Below, piece by piece: positions 63,849 through 64,000 of a DNA stretch of 64,000 nucleotides. The stretch is taken from assembly GCF_009914755.1 (NCBI RefSeq), contig NC_060936.1. One strand, 5' to 3'. The position numbers and the translations under genes are program-made. This DNA comes from the human T2T-CHM13v2.0 reference genome, Homo sapiens. Below the pieces are notes generated by a model, which was not told where the DNA came from, searched no databases, and worked only from the letters and a program-made list of their open reading frames with translations. Numbering within the stretch: position 1 is the first letter of the stretch; each line of letters begins with the position of its first letter.

Positions 63849-64000
63849 ACTAATGTTAAAATACTTGCCAAATAAGTAGGTCTCTGACCGAGAACAGTCC
63901 TGTATTTCTTGGGCATCCTTGGGTCTCAGTGTAAATAAAATTCTTCAGGGTCTTTTCCCTGATCTGGCCCTCTCTCTCTCATTAGGCTACATGCATGCAT

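Overview
A repeat-dominated primate genomic window, almost certainly human because it carries an essentially consensus AluYa5. It looks intergenic or intronic, and I can support no intact cellular protein-coding gene; the long ORFs are broken LINE-1 ORF1/ORF2 pieces or Alu/antisense artefacts. It holds three young-ish L1s: a 5'UTR-spliced and 3'-truncated L1PA at 3.3-7.7 kb, a 5'-truncated L1PA2-like copy with a perfect TSD at 15.9-17.7 kb, and a full-length L1PA7/8-like copy on the minus strand at 29.5-35.9 kb. It also holds older L1M/L2/MIR debris, about 16 Alus, MaLR/ERV solo LTRs and DNA-transposon MITEs (Tigger4/MER46, Tigger2a, MER85, MADE1, MER5A, MER103). The most notable observations: (1) three perfect hairpins plus two tandem duplications packed into about 200 bp of an old MLT1 LTR, probably a template-switch cluster; (2) a spliced-integrated L1 (SpIRE 97/622 type); (3) MITEs known to dock domesticated transposases (MER85/CSB-PGBD3, MADE1/SETMAR); (4) two possible ancient CR1-like RT fossils; (5) exon-like segments at 9.35 and 14.03 kb. 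Subfamily names come from recalled consensus sequences and need RepeatMasker/Dfam confirmation. Boundaries of old elements are approximate.
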